A stretch of 64,000 nucleotides of DNA, taken from NCBI GenBank assembly GCA_020049045.1, contig JAIFLN010000101.1:2117-66116 (forward strand), given 5' to 3'. The DNA comes from Spirochaetota bacterium (lineage in GTDB: Bacteria; Spirochaetota; Spirochaetia; JABEVK01). Within the stretch, counting starts at the first letter, position 1. Each line of letters opens with the position of its first letter. The position numbers were made by a program, and so were the translations under genes. The notes below the pieces were generated by a model. That model had not been told where the DNA came from. It saw only the letters and a program-made list of their open reading frames with translations, and did not search any database. Shown here in pieces: positions 20,307-29,375 of the stretch.

Positions 20307-20336
20307 GCCCATCTTAGAACCCTTGAGCACCGTGCT

Positions 20337-20975
20337 TTAGTCGCAGGCGAAATGATCACGGACCGGAATCCGCAGAATGGTTTTCATTGTTTCGGGTGCC
20401 GCTTTGGAAGGGTCGGAAAGATAAATCTCACGATGCCTGTGTCCGATTTTCGCCAAGCTGTATTTGCGGCAGAAATCCTGCATTTTAGCAAAGCTGGCGG
20501 GCTCAGTATCGTAAGGTCCTGTGTGGAGCACTTGAAGGCAACGGCCTTCTTCCATCCTTTCGAAATGCACCCTGTCGAGCGCTGAAAGTGACTTCTTTTT
20601 TTTGACGGCCTCGATCACAAGAGCCGCAACAGCCTCGTCGACAAAGTCGGGCTGACGGATCATAACCCGGTAGACGAGATCGCTTTTGTTGAAGGCTCCC
20701 AGGGCCTTGGGGGGGGCGGACAAATCCCAGAGCCCCTCTAAGGGATAGACGGTGTATTCAAAGAATCCAGCCAGTACCAGACCCGCCTTGGCTGACATTC
20801 TGACCCCGTAGGTCAGCGCGTAAAGGGCACCCACGCACTCGGCAAACTCGGGACCGTTGGGATCTCCTTTTCCGTCAATGACAAAAAATCCGAAGGAGGG
20901 CAGCACCACTTCCTGCGGTACCGACGTCGGTGCATACCACTGCTTTTCGCTTTTCTTCCACTCGTACTTAGGCAT
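20337..20975 (-). CDS. GyrI-like small-molecule-binding domain protein
   Basis: 212 aa. HTGPYDTEPASFAKMQDF...HREIYLSDPSKAAPETMKTILRIPV is typical of GyrI-like effector-binding domains. Confidence 0.7.
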   Translation of the reverse strand: MPKYEWKKSEKQWYAPTSVPQEVVLPSFGFFVIDGKGDPNGPEFAECVGALYALTYGVRMSAKAGLVLAGFFEYTVYPLEGLWDLSAPPKALGAFNKSDLVYRVMIRQPDFVDEAVAALVIEAVKKKKSLSALDRVHFERMEEGRCLQVLHTGPYDTEPASFAKMQDFCRKYSLAKIGHRHREIYLSDPSKAAPETMKTILRIPVRDHFACD

Positions 20976-20996
20976 CTTGTCAGTATATCATGGCCA

Positions 20997-21668
20997 ATGC
21001 ACAGAATTCTTCTCGTCGAGGACGAAGCGCCGCTGAGAGAAGCCCTGGCAGCCTATCTGCGCCGGGAAGGCCTGACCGTTGACGAGGCGGACGACGGGGA
21101 AACTGGCTGGCGTCTTTTTCGCCTTCACACACCGGATCTCGTCGTTCTGGACCGCAAGCTGCCAGGCTTGTCGGGGGAAGAACTGTGCCGGAGAATCAAA
21201 GGATTGTCGAAGGTACCGGTGTTGGTTGCGACCAGCATGATTCAAGAAGAAGCCGTGCTCGAGGGATTTGCCCTTGGTGCCGACGACTATGTCCGCAAGC
21301 CCTACAGCGTCAGGGAAATGACAGCTCGGGTTCAAGCACGTTTGAGGCAGGTGCGACCGTCCCGGCTTCTGGAAGACCGGGCAAAGGGATTGAGCCTTGA
21401 TCCGGAGGCAAGAACCGCCCAGCTTGCCGGTGCAGTATTGGCCCTGACACCCCATGAATTTGATCTCCTTGCGCTCTTTCTTGGAAGGCCTGACCAAGTT
21501 TTTTCGCGCCAGGAGCTTTTGGAAAAGGTCTGGGTTGACACCCTTGAAGTGTCAGACAGGACGGTCGATGCCCATGTGAAGAACCTCAGGGCTAAACTCA
21601 AAACCGCCTTGGGGGACGAACCATCGCTGGTCACCATTTACGGCAGAGGATATCGGTGGACCGTATGA
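20997..21668 (+). CDS. two-component response regulator, OmpR/PhoB family
   Basis: Receiver domain LLVEDE...DLVVLDRKLPGLSGEEL and winged-helix DNA-binding domain TVDAHVKNLRAKL..YGRGYRW. Confidence 0.9.
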   Translation: MHRILLVEDEAPLREALAAYLRREGLTVDEADDGETGWRLFRLHTPDLVVLDRKLPGLSGEELCRRIKGLSKVPVLVATSMIQEEAVLEGFALGADDYVRKPYSVREMTARVQARLRQVRPSRLLEDRAKGLSLDPEARTAQLAGAVLALTPHEFDLLALFLGRPDQVFSRQELLEKVWVDTLEVSDRTVDAHVKNLRAKLKTALGDEPSLVTIYGRGYRWTV

Positions 21669-23068
21669 AACCGACCCGTCTCTCGACGGCTTTGGCCATC
21701 CTTTTTTCAGTACCTTTCGCACTCGCCGTGGGAATTCTGGCCTTGGTTCTCCGGTTTAGTATTGAGACGAGCTTTCAGAGTTACCTCGATAATACCCAAG
21801 CCGCCACTCACGGACGGATTATGGGTATTTTAAACAGCCTTCATTCGCCAGACGGGCTTTGGAACACACAGGAAGTGGCAGCTTTAGGTAGGGAAGCTCT
21901 TTTGGAAGGATTGGTCCTGGCGCTAAAAGATGGAGAAGGAAAGCCGGTTTGGGATGCCCGGACGGATGATCCTGAGACAGTAGCTCAGGTTTTTGCCACT
22001 TTGGAGCGTAACTTGAAATCTCGGATACCTTGGGAAACGGGCCGTTGGGAAACCTGGGAACACCCTGTCGAGGACCGCCACGGAGCCGAGGCTACGATGG
22101 TTCTCGAGATTTTTCAGCCCCGGCGCCTGGGCCCTTCGGATTTGGCTTTTTTGGAAGGCATGGATTTTCTTTTGGCTGCAGCCGCTCTGGCCGGTCTGGT
22201 ACTCAGTTCCGTCCTCGGATATTGGACAGCCCGATGGTTGGTCCAACCCTTGAAACAGCTTCAGAACGTCTCGTACCGACTTGCCGCTGGAGACTATTCC
22301 CCTCCAGACCTCACTTCCACAGCCTTTACAGAGATCGAGGAGCTGGAAACCACCTTCCGTCAGCTGGCAGAGCGTTTAGCCCACCTTCAAGCGCTGAGAG
22401 ATACCGCAGGGGCTGATACCGCCCATGAGCTTCGCACTCCATTGGCCAACCTGGAAGCCCAGCTTGAAGCCTTGGAGGATGGAGTGCTCGAACCATCTAC
22501 CCAGCGCTTTGCCACCCTGGGGAAAGAAATCCGCCGGTTGAAGGACCTCGTCCAAGCCTGGGAGGATTTGGAGCGCGCCCGGTTTCAACCCAGCCCGTCA
22601 AGACTCACAAGAGATCCGGGATTGGTGATCGCCCGGGTCGTCGATACCTTTCGGACGCGGACACAAACCCTGGGGCAAATTCTGACGTTTCAAGCGGATT
22701 CCGAAGTTTTAACCCTCCCCCTAGCCGAGGCCGATTTGGTCCGGGTCCTTGTGAATCTGGTGGAAAATGCCCATCGGCATACGCCTAAAAATGGAAGCAT
22801 AGAAATCCTGCTCACCAAAAATTCCAAGGGAACTGAACTGACGGTTGATGATAGCGGTCAGGGAATTCCCGCCGGACATCGCGATGCTGTTTTTGACCGT
22901 TTTTATCGAGTTGAGGCCTCCCGCAGCCGAAACTCGGGAGGACTTGGTTTAGGCCTCAACTTGGTGAAAATTCTAGTAGAAAGCTCCGGCGGGACAATCG
23001 AAGCCTTGGAAAGTCCAAAACAAGGTTGCAGGATTCGTATGCATTTTCTCTACAAAGAGGAATCGTAA
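21656..23068 (+). CDS. sensor histidine kinase (HAMP plus HisKA plus HATPase)
   Basis: Two TM segments. H-box AHELRTPLANLEAQ, N-box LVENAHRHTP, G-boxes DDSGQGIP and GGLGLGLNLV. Overlaps the response regulator stop. Confidence 0.9.
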   Translation: MDRMKPTRLSTALAILFSVPFALAVGILALVLRFSIETSFQSYLDNTQAATHGRIMGILNSLHSPDGLWNTQEVAALGREALLEGLVLALKDGEGKPVWDARTDDPETVAQVFATLERNLKSRIPWETGRWETWEHPVEDRHGAEATMVLEIFQPRRLGPSDLAFLEGMDFLLAAAALAGLVLSSVLGYWTARWLVQPLKQLQNVSYRLAAGDYSPPDLTSTAFTEIEELETTFRQLAERLAHLQALRDTAGADTAHELRTPLANLEAQLEALEDGVLEPSTQRFATLGKEIRRLKDLVQAWEDLERARFQPSPSRLTRDPGLVIARVVDTFRTRTQTLGQILTFQADSEVLTLPLAEADLVRVLVNLVENAHRHTPKNGSIEILLTKNSKGTELTVDDSGQGIPAGHRDAVFDRFYRVEASRSRNSGGLGLGLNLVKILVESSGGTIEALESPKQGCRIRMHFLYKEES

Positions 23069-23736
23069 CAGATATGCTTGGCAAGCAGTGCAGAAACGAA
23101 CACAGGTGAACTGCCTTCAACAAGAAGTGTGACACCCTCCGGCACGGATGATTCCACTTTCACCCGGATGCCTGGTTTCAGGCCGGCCCTTTCACACAAG
23201 GGCAACATGGCTGGGATTCCTTCGCCCTCCTCGGTGATGCGCACAAGAAGAACAGAGCTTCCCACGGAAGCGGAAGGCAGACGGGGAGCGGCCAAAAGCT
23301 TGGCTTCTACTGAAGTTCCAGGCAAAGGATTTCCATGAGGACAGGTCTGAGGATAGCCAAGCTTGGCGTCAAGGTGCTCGGCAAGGTCATCGCTGATTTG
23401 ATTCTGAAGAACTTTGGCCTCTTCATCCGATTTATCCCAAGCGAAATCCAAGGTCTTGACTAAAAGATGCTCAAGAAGGTAGTGACGTTTGAGAACTTTG
23501 AGAGCAAGTGCCCGGCCGGTTTCAGTGAGAAAAACGTGTTCGTAACGCTCTTGATTGACCAGCCCGATCTTCTTCAACCTGCCCAAGGCTTGAGTTACGG
23601 CCGAAGTTGAAACGCCCAGCCATTCAGCCAGACGATGATTGGCGGCATGACCATAATCCCTGCAGATCAAATGGATACTGGTGAGGTATTCAGCGGCGGC
23701 AGGGAAGGTTTTCAGGATCTCTGCATCGGTACTCAT
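23050..23736 (-). CDS. DtxR/MntR-family metal-dependent transcriptional regulator with C-terminal FeoA/SH3-like domain
   Basis: N-terminal winged HTH plus dimerisation/metal-binding region. C-terminal SSVLLVRITEEGEGIPAMLPLCERAGLKPGIRVKV is a FeoA-like SH3 fold as in DtxR/IdeR. Confidence 0.8.
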   Translation of the reverse strand: MSTDAEILKTFPAAAEYLTSIHLICRDYGHAANHRLAEWLGVSTSAVTQALGRLKKIGLVNQERYEHVFLTETGRALALKVLKRHYLLEHLLVKTLDFAWDKSDEEAKVLQNQISDDLAEHLDAKLGYPQTCPHGNPLPGTSVEAKLLAAPRLPSASVGSSVLLVRITEEGEGIPAMLPLCERAGLKPGIRVKVESSVPEGVTLLVEGSSPVFVSALLAKHICYDSSL

Positions 23737-23787
23737 GCGGATAAAGTACCTCTTCACCGTTCTGGTGTCAAGGATTAGCCTACTATT

Positions 23788-24279
23788 TTAGTCGGAATTG
23801 GAGGTTTGCGACTGTCGGCAACCGGCACAACCCTCAGAATGAGTTTCCCTCGTGCACCTAAGCTGCCCGTCTGTCCCCCAGGCCAAGTCCACCTGCCGAC
23901 AATCCGCCAGGAAACGGCTGAACTCGGCCAGCCGGGCGAGAACCGTCGCATTGGCTGCATGCTCGACCCGACAGGCTACTAGTTCGGCTTCTTCGTTCTG
24001 CATACCCAGCTGATCGCGGAAAAACCGGTGCAGAAAGTGATGCCGGTCTGCACAGGCTTGTGCAACTTCTCGGCCCTGGGCTGTCAGGACAACAGGCTGA
24101 TAGGGATGATAGAGAATCAGCTCCCTTTCCGCCAATGCCCGTAAGGCTCCCGTAACGGAGGCGCGCGTGACGCCCATCTTATCGGCTACGGCCGAAGCAT
24201 GCACTTCGTCACGATCTTGAGAAATAAAAAGGATAGTCTCTAGGTAGTCTTCCAGATGAGAAGTGATGGTGGTCTTCAA
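23788..24279 (-). CDS. DtxR/MntR-family metal-dependent transcriptional regulator (no SH3 domain, Cys-rich C-terminal tail)
   Basis: HLEDYLETILFISQDRDEVHASAVADKMGVTRASVT HTH. C-terminal CTRETHSEGCAGC. Confidence 0.8.
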   Translation of the reverse strand: MKTTITSHLEDYLETILFISQDRDEVHASAVADKMGVTRASVTGALRALAERELILYHPYQPVVLTAQGREVAQACADRHHFLHRFFRDQLGMQNEEAELVACRVEHAANATVLARLAEFSRFLADCRQVDLAWGTDGQLRCTRETHSEGCAGCRQSQTSNSD

Positions 24280-24397
24280 GTTCGCCCCCTCGCCAGTCTA
24301 ACCTGAAAGAACAAAAACGCAAGGCCAAGCCGAACCAGCGAGGCCTTGCCCTGCGATGAGATTTGTTGGTATTTTATGCACCGCGAGGAGACCTGCC

Positions 24398-24643
24398 ATG
24401 CCGACCTATGATTACGTTTGCCGCGATTGCGGCTATGAGTTCGAGGCTTTTCAGTCGATGAAGGACGACGCTTTGACAGAGTGCCCCTCCTGCGAAGGCT
24501 CGATCAAGCGAAAAGTCGGGGGAGGAGCCGGTATCATTTTCAAGGGAAGCGGATTCTATATCAACGATTCCAAGAAAGCAGAAACAAAAACAGAGACCAA
24601 ACCTGCTGAGTCCAAACCAGCAGCCGTTCCAGCCGCGACCTGA
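24398..24643 (+). CDS. FmdB-family zinc-ribbon protein
   Basis: MPTYDYVCRDCGYEFE...ECPSCEG. GAGGAG ribosome-binding site 7 nt upstream. The ORF-track N-extension was rejected. Confidence 0.75.
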   Translation: MPTYDYVCRDCGYEFEAFQSMKDDALTECPSCEGSIKRKVGGGAGIIFKGSGFYINDSKKAETKTETKPAESKPAAVPAAT

Positions 24644-24658
24644 GCTTAGGAGCTTTCC

Positions 24659-25480
24659 ATGCATGGACCCGAAGGCGACGAAAAAGTTGCCCAAATGATG
24701 CGCCTGCGGGCCCACATGAAAAAGATCAAACACAAAATCGTCGTGCTTTCAGGAAAAGGCGGCGTTGGGAAGAGCACCGTCAGTGTCAACTTGGCCGTGG
24801 GGCTTACCCAGAGGGGTTACCGTGTCGGACTTCTCGATACTGATATCCACGGACCAAACGTAGCTCACATGTTGGGTCTTGACCATCAGGTCATGGCTAT
24901 CCGCGAAAATGAAATCGAACCTTTTGAAGCCCGCCCCAATCTTTTTGTGGTCAGCCTCGCCCTCACGGGCCGTCCTGTCGATACCGCCTATATTTGGCGG
25001 GGTCCGATCAAAATCGCCTTGATCAACCAGTTGATGGCCGATACCCTTTGGCCCGATCTGGATTACCTGATCATTGATTCCCCTCCTGGTACCGGAGATG
25101 AGCCCTTGACGGTTTGCCAACTTCTCAACTCCTCGCTTTCTCGTGGAACGGTCATTGTGACAACTCCGCAGTCGGTTTCAGTGCTTGATGCACGCCGGAC
25201 CATTGACTTCAGCAAACAGCTGAAAATGCCCATCTTGGGGCTGGTTGAGAATATGGCTGGTTACTTGAACGCAGACGGAACAATTCTTCCTCTTTTTGGG
25301 GAAGGCGGCGGTTTGGCTGCCGCTCAGGAATTGGCTGTTCCGTTCTTGGGATCGATAGCAATGGATCCCAAAGCGGTGAAATTGTCTGAGGAAGGCAAAG
25401 CACTCCTTGAGCAAGCGACGGGGTTGCGGGACAGCTTTGACAAGGTGATTGATGGCATTATTGCGGGCTTGTTGATTTAA
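24659..25480 (+). CDS. mrp: Mrp/ApbC/NBP35-family Fe-S cluster carrier ATPase
   Basis: Deviant Walker A KIVVLSGKGGVGKSTVSVNLA. 273 aa. Confidence 0.9.
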   Translation: MHGPEGDEKVAQMMRLRAHMKKIKHKIVVLSGKGGVGKSTVSVNLAVGLTQRGYRVGLLDTDIHGPNVAHMLGLDHQVMAIRENEIEPFEARPNLFVVSLALTGRPVDTAYIWRGPIKIALINQLMADTLWPDLDYLIIDSPPGTGDEPLTVCQLLNSSLSRGTVIVTTPQSVSVLDARRTIDFSKQLKMPILGLVENMAGYLNADGTILPLFGEGGGLAAAQELAVPFLGSIAMDPKAVKLSEEGKALLEQATGLRDSFDKVIDGIIAGLLI

Positions 25481-25507
25481 TCCCGATACCCCTGTATCCT
25501 GAACGGA

Positions 25508-26644
25508 ATGTTAGTCCGTTACACGAAATCCGCAGACGGTAAGCCCGTCAAACAGGCCGAAGTCTATACAAAAGAAGAGCATGGCCTGAAGCTCGACTTG
25601 ATTGACCCCGATGCCCTTTTCATCACCCGGAAGCTCCGGTCTGCCGGGTACGAGGCTTACATTGTCGGCGGTGCGGTTCGTGATTTGCTCCTTGGAAGAA
25701 AACCAAAGGATTTCGACATAGCCACCGATGCTCACCCCAGAGCCATCAAGAAAGTTCTTCCTTTCAGCCGGATCATCGGTAAAAGGTTCCGCTTGGTTCA
25801 TGTCTACTTCGCAGCCGGAAAAATCATCGAAGTGGCAACCTTCCGCAGCAATGTGGAAGGAGACAACAACGTCTTCGGTACCTTGGAGGAAGATGCCAAG
25901 CGTCGTGATTTCAGTTTCAATGCGCTCTATTACGATCCCAAGGACCAGTACATTGTTGATCAAGTAGGCGGGGTTCGTGATGTCAAAGCGAAGAAACTGA
26001 AAAATGTCATTCCATTGGAACTCATCTTTGATGAAGACCCGGTTCGAATGATCCGTGCTACCAAGTACGCTACGACCAGCGGTTTTTCCATTCCGTGGAA
26101 CCTCGCTTCCAAAATCAAACAGAAGTCTTCCCTGCTGGCTTCCATTTCTCCTTCGAGACTTACAGAAGAGTTCTATAAAATTCTTCACTCTGGAATGGCT
26201 CGCCCGATTTTCTCTACCATGGCCAAATTGAAGGTTCTCGATTCTTTCGTTCCTTCGCTGGGGAAAGAACTCAGTAAACCTTTCTTCAACCCCCTTGCTA
26301 AACTTTTGACTGGTGGTTTGGACCTGCTCGATGCTGAGATGAAGGCGGGGAAGGAACCTGACAGGGCCACAGAGCTGACGTTTCTGATTGCACCCCTGCT
26401 GGAATCGCAGGGGTGGGCAGCGAAAGCAACCCAGGAAGACTTTGAACCACTGATCGCCCAGTTGAAGGAGTGGTTCAAACCGATCATTCCATCCAACCAG
26501 GAGTTGGAGAATTGTCTGCGCACTTTGTTCCGTGTTTGGGCCGTGCGAGCTCCTCGAAAACGCCCCCCCCGCCCCCGCCGACGGCGTTCTGGAAATTCCG
26601 AAAGCGGTTCACGTCCCCCGAAAGCTGAACCCAAACCTCTGTAG
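25508..26644 (+). CDS. poly(A) polymerase / tRNA nucleotidyltransferase head-domain protein (PcnB-like) with basic Pro/Arg-rich C-terminal tail
   Basis: GGAVRDLLLGRKPKDFDIATDA nucleotidyltransferase motif. C-terminal RAPRKRPPRPRRRRSG tail. Confidence 0.8.
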   Translation: MLVRYTKSADGKPVKQAEVYTKEEHGLKLDLIDPDALFITRKLRSAGYEAYIVGGAVRDLLLGRKPKDFDIATDAHPRAIKKVLPFSRIIGKRFRLVHVYFAAGKIIEVATFRSNVEGDNNVFGTLEEDAKRRDFSFNALYYDPKDQYIVDQVGGVRDVKAKKLKNVIPLELIFDEDPVRMIRATKYATTSGFSIPWNLASKIKQKSSLLASISPSRLTEEFYKILHSGMARPIFSTMAKLKVLDSFVPSLGKELSKPFFNPLAKLLTGGLDLLDAEMKAGKEPDRATELTFLIAPLLESQGWAAKATQEDFEPLIAQLKEWFKPIIPSNQELENCLRTLFRVWAVRAPRKRPPRPRRRRSGNSESGSRPPKAEPKPL

Positions 26645-26691
26645 TACCTTCTTCAAGGAAATAAATCCCTTTCAGTGAGTTGACAGTCTTA

Positions 26692-26712
26692 TTCGGTTAG
26701 CATAACCTAAGT
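26692..26712. promoter_or_regulatory. DtxR-family iron/manganese box overlapping the feoAB promoter
   Basis: Minus-strand reading TTAGGTTATGCTAACCGAA matches the consensus TTAGGTTAGCCTAACCTAA at 16 of 19 positions. Lies 7-27 nt downstream of a TTGACA -35 hexamer at about 26680-26685 and about 25 nt upstream of the feoA ATG. Confidence 0.55.
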
Positions 26713-26736
26713 TAACTCTGATTAAGAGGGGTAGGA

Positions 26737-26973
26737 ATGACAATTGGAGATTTGAAAACTGGCGATAGCTTCATTGTGAAAGGGGTGGAACTCTCCCGCG
26801 AAACCGGTAAACGGCTGGCTGACATGGGCTTCACCAAGGGTGTGGAGGGAAAAGTGGTTCGAAAAGCCCTCTTCGGCGACCCCTTTCAAGTTTGCATCCT
26901 CGGCTATCATGTCTCGATCCGTCGCGCCGAAGCGGCAGGCATTCAGATCGAACGAATGGTGACTCCTTCGTGA
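26737..26973 (+). CDS. feoA: ferrous iron transport protein A
   Basis: 78 aa FeoA SH3-like domain. GGTAGGAATG ribosome-binding site. Confidence 0.9.
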   Translation: MTIGDLKTGDSFIVKGVELSRETGKRLADMGFTKGVEGKVVRKALFGDPFQVCILGYHVSIRRAEAAGIQIERMVTPS

Positions 26974-29006
26974 AGCCTCTTCGCATTGCCCTGGCAGGAA
27001 ACCCTAATTGTGGAAAAACCACTCTGTTCAACAAACTGACGGGTTCCCATCAGAAGGTAGGCAACTATGCCGGTGTCACCGTCGACACCAAGGAAGGCCG
27101 GTTGATGCACAAGGGACGGGAGATTGCGATCTTTGACCTTCCCGGCACCTACAGTCTGACGGCCTATTCGCTGGATGAGATTATTGCCCGGGACTTTGTC
27201 TTGGATGAAAAACCAGATTTGATCATCAATGTGCTTGATGCCACCAATTTGGAACGCAATCTCTTTCTATGCCTACAATTCCAAGAGCTCGGCATTCCCA
27301 TTGTCGCCGCCCTCAACATCATCGATCAGGCCGAGGCGATGGGTTTGACCATCGACCATCGTCTATTATCACGGCTTTTCCAAATTCCCATTGTCCGGAC
27401 CGTCGGAGCCAAGGGTCAGGGCCTAGAGGAGCTTCTCGATGCCGCTGTAGCGGTGGCAGAAAGTCCTATTGCGGCGATACCGACTCCTTACGGAAACGAA
27501 TTGGAAAGCGTTTTGACCGGTATCATTGAAGTTCTCAATACCGACCTTCCTTTTGCTGCCTCGTTCCCCAGCCGGTGGATGGCCCTCAAGCTGCTGGAGA
27601 AAGACGCCGACGCCGCCAAAAAATTATCTGCCCATAAGAACAGGTCTCTGGTTGAGGCTTCCCTGGCCGCAGGAATCCTTACTTTAGAACGGCATTCCGG
27701 CCGGGATGCGGAGATTCTCATCAGCGAGGCCCGCTACGGCTTTATCCATGGAGCGGCCAAGGAAACGGTCACTCGTGACCGTGCGACAGTACCCCTGACC
27801 GAAAGAATTGACTCGGTGCTCCTCAACCGCCTGTTAGGGTTACCTCTGTTCCTGGGCATACTCTGGCTGATTTTTCAGGCTACCTTTACGCTGGGGGCCT
27901 TCCCGCAAGAATGGCTGGACCTCCTCTTCGGCTGGATGGCAGAAAGGGCAAGAACCATCCTCGAGCCGGGATTGCTCCAATCCCTTTTCGTAGATGGAAT
28001 TCTAGGTGGTGTCGGCAGCGTATTGAGCTTTGTGCCACTTGTCATCCTTTTGTTCCTTTTTATCAGCTTGTTGGAAGACACCGGATATATGGCTCGAGCA
28101 GCCTTTGTTATGGACAAATTCCTGCATATCTTTGGACTTCATGGTCAAAGTTTTCTCCCCATGATGCTGGGGTTTGGTTGCTCGGTACCAGCAATCATGG
28201 CCGCACGGACTCTGAAAAGCACCAAGGACCGGATTGTGACAGTTCTTGTGACTCCCTTTATGAGCTGCGGTGCCAAGCTTCCTGTCTACATACTGCTGGC
28301 GGGCACCTTCTTTTCATCCCATGCTGGAGCCGTGGTCCTTTCCATTTATCTGATCGGCGTCCTTCTGGCTCTGGGGTCTTCCTGGGTCTTCCGTAAAACG
28401 GTGCTGCGCGGAGAAACAACCCCCTTTGTCATGGAGCTGCCCCCCTACCGGATGCCGACCTTCCGGGGTGTGGTCTGGCATGTCTGGGACAAATCCTTTC
28501 AATACTTCAAGAAAGCGGGGACAGTCATCTTGGCTGCTTCGGTGTTGATCTGGGCAATTACCACCTTCCCTCAATCACCAGAAGGCACACCCCCCGAACA
28601 AGCGATGGAGGCCAGTGTTGCAGGCTGGGTCGGCAAGGCCCTTGAGCCGCTTGTTGCTCCCATGGGTTTCGACTGGAAGGTAGCGATTGCCACGGTAACA
28701 GGTTTTGCCGCCAAAGAAACGGTGGTTTCGACTCTGGGCATTCTCTACAAGGTAGGGGATTCCACCAAACAGGAAGCCTCCCTTCAGGCTGCCCTCAGAA
28801 ATGATCCCGTTTTCAACCCCTTGGTCGCCTATACCCTCATGCTCTTCACTCTGATTCTTGCGCCTTGTTTTGCCGCTCAGGCCACCATCAGGGCAGAATT
28901 AGGAACAAGATGGCTGGTCTTCTACGTGCTGTTCTCGATTATGGTTTCATGGACCTTGTGTTTCGGGGTGTATCAGATGGGAACGCTGCTGGGAATAGGA
29001 GTTTGA
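26970..29006 (+). CDS. feoB: ferrous iron transport protein B
   Basis: GTG start overlapping the feoA stop (GTGA), so translationally coupled. G-domain ALAGNPNCGKTTLFN, multiple TM helices, gate motifs. The ORF-track N-extension overlapping feoA was rejected. Confidence 0.95.
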   Translation: MKPLRIALAGNPNCGKTTLFNKLTGSHQKVGNYAGVTVDTKEGRLMHKGREIAIFDLPGTYSLTAYSLDEIIARDFVLDEKPDLIINVLDATNLERNLFLCLQFQELGIPIVAALNIIDQAEAMGLTIDHRLLSRLFQIPIVRTVGAKGQGLEELLDAAVAVAESPIAAIPTPYGNELESVLTGIIEVLNTDLPFAASFPSRWMALKLLEKDADAAKKLSAHKNRSLVEASLAAGILTLERHSGRDAEILISEARYGFIHGAAKETVTRDRATVPLTERIDSVLLNRLLGLPLFLGILWLIFQATFTLGAFPQEWLDLLFGWMAERARTILEPGLLQSLFVDGILGGVGSVLSFVPLVILLFLFISLLEDTGYMARAAFVMDKFLHIFGLHGQSFLPMMLGFGCSVPAIMAARTLKSTKDRIVTVLVTPFMSCGAKLPVYILLAGTFFSSHAGAVVLSIYLIGVLLALGSSWVFRKTVLRGETTPFVMELPPYRMPTFRGVVWHVWDKSFQYFKKAGTVILAASVLIWAITTFPQSPEGTPPEQAMEASVAGWVGKALEPLVAPMGFDWKVAIATVTGFAAKETVVSTLGILYKVGDSTKQEASLQAALRNDPVFNPLVAYTLMLFTLILAPCFAAQATIRAELGTRWLVFYVLFSIMVSWTLCFGVYQMGTLLGIGV

Positions 29007-29007
29007 G

Positions 29008-29163
29008 ATGGAACTTGTTGTTGTTTCGCTGATCGTCGTAATGGCGGCCTGTTATGCTTTGTGGAAATTCTGGAGACTTATGAAACCCGGTGCCAACAAG
29101 CAGGGGTGCAGCTGTTCTTCCGCAAAAAGCGGCTGTACCGGCTGCCCCCTTGTCAAACCCTAA
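29008..29163 (+). CDS. FeoB-associated Cys-rich small membrane protein (51 aa), absent from the ORF track
   Basis: ATG 2 nt after the feoB stop. MELVVVSLIVVMAACYALWKFW (TM) then GCSCSSAKSGCTGCP Cys cluster. Composition matches the family described as FeoB-associated Cys-rich membrane proteins. Confidence 0.6.
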   Translation: MELVVVSLIVVMAACYALWKFWRLMKPGANKQGCSCSSAKSGCTGCPLVKP

Positions 29164-29168
29164 ACCGC

Positions 29169-29312
29169 CTAGTTGACGCCTTCATCACAGGCACCGTCTT
29201 CATCAACAAAACGGTCTTGTTCGGCGTCATGCGCCTTGTCACAGGGATCGAGGATCAAGGGCACATGTTCCCTAGCCTTGGTTTCTTTGTTTTCTTTGCT
29301 CTGTTCAGCCAT
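29169..29312 (-). CDS. small acidic Cys-containing protein (47 aa), candidate
   Basis: AGGAGG 8 nt upstream of the ATG. MAEQSKENKETKAREHVPLILDPCDKAHDAEQDRFVDEDGACDEGVN. Convergent with feoAB. Antisense to a 93-aa plus-strand ORF in the track, so only one of the two can be real. Confidence 0.35.
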   Translation of the reverse strand: MAEQSKENKETKAREHVPLILDPCDKAHDAEQDRFVDEDGACDEGVN

Positions 29313-29375
29313 GGTAATAGCCTCCTATTTTTGTCAAGATAAGCCCAAGACATCAAAAAAGGAACCAATAAAAAA

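Noticed and set aside
24291-24310. CTAACCTGA half-site resembling half a DtxR box upstream of the DtxR pair
   Set aside because: Only one half-site matches; the partner half is absent, so it is not called as an operator.
25511-26188. 225-aa minus-strand ORF
   Set aside because: Antisense to the pcnB-like gene.
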